IMG/VR virus record: IMGVR_UViG_3300029720_000461
Direction: 5' to 3' (one strand)
Source: a virus
Taxonomy: Duplodnaviria > Heunggongvirae > Uroviricota > Caudoviricetes
Length of the DNA stretch: 47,627 bases
Of this stretch, positions 44,950-47,627 are shown in pieces. Positions within the stretch are counted from its first letter, which is position 1, and the number at the start of each line of letters is the position of its first letter. A model generated the notes under the pieces. That model was given only the letters and a program-made list of their open reading frames with translations, was not told the origin of the DNA and did no database searches. The position numbers were made by a program, and so were the translations under genes.

Positions 44950-45702
44950 ATGAACGATAAATTTGAAAAAGATATTGTTGAAGCAATAGAAAGCCTTAAA
45001 GAACAAATATCTGAATATAAAGAGCAGATAGAAGTTGTAAAAAATACAGACTTTAATGCCCCTATAGATGAAGATACTTGGCATAAGATATGTTTTACAT
45101 CACTTCGCACATCTGATTTAATGGGTAGATTATTAAAAAATATATTTCCGGATGCAGAAGATATAAAAGTAGATTGCAATTATGTAATGTTTACTCTATA
45201 TGGCTTTAAATGCTTTTTGCCTACATCTGATTATTATAATATAGAAGTAGATACAAGCTGGTATATTAAGGATAAAGGTTTGGAAACTTTCCATGAGTAT
45301 TGTAAGAGAACAGGAAGAAATGTTACTCTTTTGCAGGAAGAATATCTTAAGATAGAAAAGCCTACATTTAAGCAGAAGATTAATTATGTATTCGATACTC
45401 CAAGATATAAAAAAATGCCTTACTGGAAGAAAAAATTCTTATATATCAGATATCACAGTATATATAAAGCTGCAACGGACAGGGAACAAATAAAAGAAAA
45501 CTGTAATGCCATACATACATTTTATAATAATTATGTAGAAGGATATTATAAAGACCGTAAAAATATGACCTTAAAGGCTAAGGAAATGAATAAATTACTA
45601 TCCGAGCTTATGAAGTTTACTAAGGAAGTAAAAGCTCATGGAAGATATTTGAACGGTTATCTGTCACCACAGCAGATTATAGAAGCTGAAACATATTATT
45701 AA
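44950..45702 (+). CDS. Hypothetical protein
   Basis: GAGG RBS; 250 aa. Confidence 0.8.
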   Translation: MNDKFEKDIVEAIESLKEQISEYKEQIEVVKNTDFNAPIDEDTWHKICFTSLRTSDLMGRLLKNIFPDAEDIKVDCNYVMFTLYGFKCFLPTSDYYNIEVDTSWYIKDKGLETFHEYCKRTGRNVTLLQEEYLKIEKPTFKQKINYVFDTPRYKKMPYWKKKFLYIRYHSIYKAATDREQIKENCNAIHTFYNNYVEGYYKDRKNMTLKAKEMNKLLSELMKFTKEVKAHGRYLNGYLSPQQIIEAETYY

Positions 45703-45717
45703 TACTTAATATTAATT

Positions 45718-45748
45718 TAAGCCCCGGATTATCTTGGGGCTTATTTTT
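45718..45748 (+). terminator. Intrinsic terminator
   Basis: TAAGCCCCGG-attat-CTTGGGGCTTA plus T run. Confidence 0.85.
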
Positions 45749-45868
45749 ATATAAAATATTATTTTAGAATATATCTTTAAAAAGAACTAATTAAGATAAA
45801 AGTACATTATAGACTTGTTATACTGTTTTCACTTAAAGGAAAAAATAAAAAAGGAGTGAAAATAGTAT

Positions 45869-46063
45869 ATGGAAAAGATACCAATATGGGAAAAGCAGAA
45901 TCTTACAATAGAAGAAGCTGCTATATATAGCAATATAGGCATAAACAAGCTTAGGATGCTGATTGACAATCCTGATTGTGATTTTGTATTAAAAGTCGGC
46001 ACAAAAAATCTTATAAAAAGGAAAAAATTTGACAATTTCATTACTCATTGTAATAATTTATGA
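45869..46063 (+). CDS. xis: Tn916-type excisionase
   Basis: IPIWEKQNLTIEEAAIYSNIGINKLR..LIKRKKF; directly upstream of int. Confidence 0.88.
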   Translation: MEKIPIWEKQNLTIEEAAIYSNIGINKLRMLIDNPDCDFVLKVGTKNLIKRKKFDNFITHCNNL

Positions 46064-46094
46064 TTTTACAGATATTAATTTAAAGAAATATTGC

Positions 46095-46123
46095 TTGGCA
46101 GATTAAATTTAATATGTTATCAT
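46095..46123 (+). promoter_or_regulatory. Sigma-A-type promoter of int
   Basis: TTGGCA-N17-TATCAT with TGn extension. Confidence 0.6.
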
Positions 46124-46172
46124 CAGCCCGAAAAGCAATTTTCTTTCTTTATTTAATAAGAAAGAAGGTAAC

Positions 46173-47627
46173 ATGACAAATAAAACATTAGAAAAAAGAA
46201 AGGATGACAAGGGAAGAATTTTAAATAAAGGGGAATCACAATTAGAAGATGGAAGATACCGATATAGATACACAGACTTAAATGGCAAAAGGCATACAAT
46301 ATATTCATGGAGATTAGTAAGTTCTGATAAAACACCTGCCGGAAAGAAAAAAGATAGTCCTTTGCGTGATGCTGAAAAGGAAATAAACAAAAAACTGGTT
46401 AATGGAGTTAAAGATTGTCGTATTACATTAAATGAAATATTTGACAAGTATTTAAGCTTAAAAATTACATTAAATATAAATACAGTGGAAAATTATAAAT
46501 ATATGTATAATAAAGATGTAAGAAATACGATAGGACAATATTTTCTTTCTGATATCAAAAAAAGTGATATAAAAGATTTTTATGCATTATTATATAAAAA
46601 TGGTTATTCAGTATCCACAATACAATTACATCAAAATATTTTATATCCAACTTTTAAATTAGCCATTGATGATGGTCTTATATTTATTAATCCGTGTGAA
46701 GATGCAATGGATTTTTTAGGGAATATTAGTTGTGATGAAAAAGAAGCTTTAACTATTGAAGAACAGGAAGCACTTCAATTATTTTTAAAGGATGATTTAA
46801 TATATAATCGTTATTATCCTCTAATAATGACATGTTTATCAACAGGTGCAAGAATCAGTGAAGCACTTGGACTTACATGGGATGATATTGATTTCAAAAA
46901 TAAGATTATATCCATTAATCATCAAACTAAATATAGAAAAGTAAATGGAAAAATTCAATGGACAGCAGGAAAAACAAAGTGGTCAACAAATAAAAAGCAG
47001 AATATAAGATTAATACCGGTACATGATGATATAATCAATATTCTAAAAAAGCACAAGCAGGATACATATAGATTTTCTAAAGCTTCAGATTTTAAAGTTT
47101 ACACAATACCTAATGAAAAAAATGCATTCGGATTAAAACCTTATTACAGTAATTTTGTTTTTATAAATTCAGAAGGCAAATTATTTACTCCAAATACAAT
47201 TAATCGTACATTAGAAAGTATTACTAAACGATATAATAAATATAAAAATGATGAAGCTGTTATGCTGCCACATTTTTCATCTCATGTTTTAAGGTATACA
47301 TTTGCCACACGAAATGCTGAAAATAAAATGGACTGCAAGGTATTACAAGCGTTAATGGGGCATAAAAATATAGCTACAACAATGGATATATATAATAAAG
47401 TGTCCGAGCAAAGAAAAATTCAGGAAGTAGGTTCAACAGTTTCTCCAATTATAAGTCACACTTCCATCATAAATAATAACACTTCTGATTGTGTTAATAA
47501 CATTAATAATTCCGGCTTAATAGAAATATTAAATGATTTAGTTAATACAATAAAGCAATCAGATAATGATTTAACCCAAAATAAAATTTTAACCCAAATT
47601 TTAACCCAATTGTCCGATAAGTTATAA
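46173..47627 (+). CDS. int: Tn916-family tyrosine integrase
   Basis: GESQLEDGRYRYRY arm-binding domain; TGARISE, HVLR, LMGH, TMDIY catalytic motifs. Confidence 0.93.
   Translation: MTNKTLEKRKDDKGRILNKGESQLEDGRYRYRYTDLNGKRHTIYSWRLVSSDKTPAGKKKDSPLRDAEKEINKKLVNGVKDCRITLNEIFDKYLSLKITLNINTVENYKYMYNKDVRNTIGQYFLSDIKKSDIKDFYALLYKNGYSVSTIQLHQNILYPTFKLAIDDGLIFINPCEDAMDFLGNISCDEKEALTIEEQEALQLFLKDDLIYNRYYPLIMTCLSTGARISEALGLTWDDIDFKNKIISINHQTKYRKVNGKIQWTAGKTKWSTNKKQNIRLIPVHDDIINILKKHKQDTYRFSKASDFKVYTIPNEKNAFGLKPYYSNFVFINSEGKLFTPNTINRTLESITKRYNKYKNDEAVMLPHFSSHVLRYTFATRNAENKMDCKVLQALMGHKNIATTMDIYNKVSEQRKIQEVGSTVSPIISHTSIINNNTSDCVNNINNSGLIEILNDLVNTIKQSDNDLTQNKILTQILTQLSDKL
47570..47610 (+). repeat. Three TTTAACCCAA direct repeats; candidate integrase arm sites
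   Basis: Copies at 47570, 47588 and 47600. Confidence 0.65.

Larger units (their letters stand above)
1..47627 (+). mobile_element. Accessory arm of a large integrative (probably conjugative) element ending in xis-int
   Basis: Co-oriented small genes, Tn916-type xis/int at the right end, T4SS-ATPase-derived remnants, no core housekeeping operons or virion genes. Left boundary not visible. Confidence 0.7.

Noticed and set aside
262..46447. All minus-strand ORFs in the track
   Set aside because: They shadow + strand genes that have RBSs, and show no recognisable motifs.
1..47627. CRISPR array, tRNA or rRNA genes
   Set aside because: No regularly spaced repeats or recognisable structural RNA genes seen; the dispersed repeats are irregular.
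1..47627. Confident prophage label
   Set aside because: No terminase, capsid, tail, lysis or phage replication genes in the window; not excluded for the wider element.

Overview
AT-rich (roughly 30% GC, by eye) Clostridia/Lachnospiraceae-like DNA. About 100 mostly short genes, all on the + strand, end in a Tn916-type excisionase plus tyrosine integrase (45869-47627). No virion genes and no intact T4SS core are visible. I read it as the accessory arm of a large integrative, probably conjugative, element full of phage-type small genes. Recognisable cargo: SprT-like metalloprotease, ASCH protein, degenerate VirB4-like protein, tnpB-only IS200/IS605 insertion (9076-10561), two radical SAM enzymes, CCA-adding/HD enzyme, double-HTH regulator, YopX proteins, MmcB-like nuclease, orphan Panacea antitoxin, metallophosphoesterase and a DUF3990 gene pair. 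Main unexplained signals: (1) about 20 unrelated proteins carry an appended Lys-rich, acidic, ER-type C-terminal tail, a candidate T4SS export tag; (2) 11 operon starts share a promoter with a 22-23 bp gap between (T/A)TTA(C/T)A and the -10 box; (3) three of these -10 boxes form one arm of a covarying hairpin; (4) a ~235 nt highly structured non-coding region at 40620-40854. Family calls come from motif recognition by eye; no searches were run.
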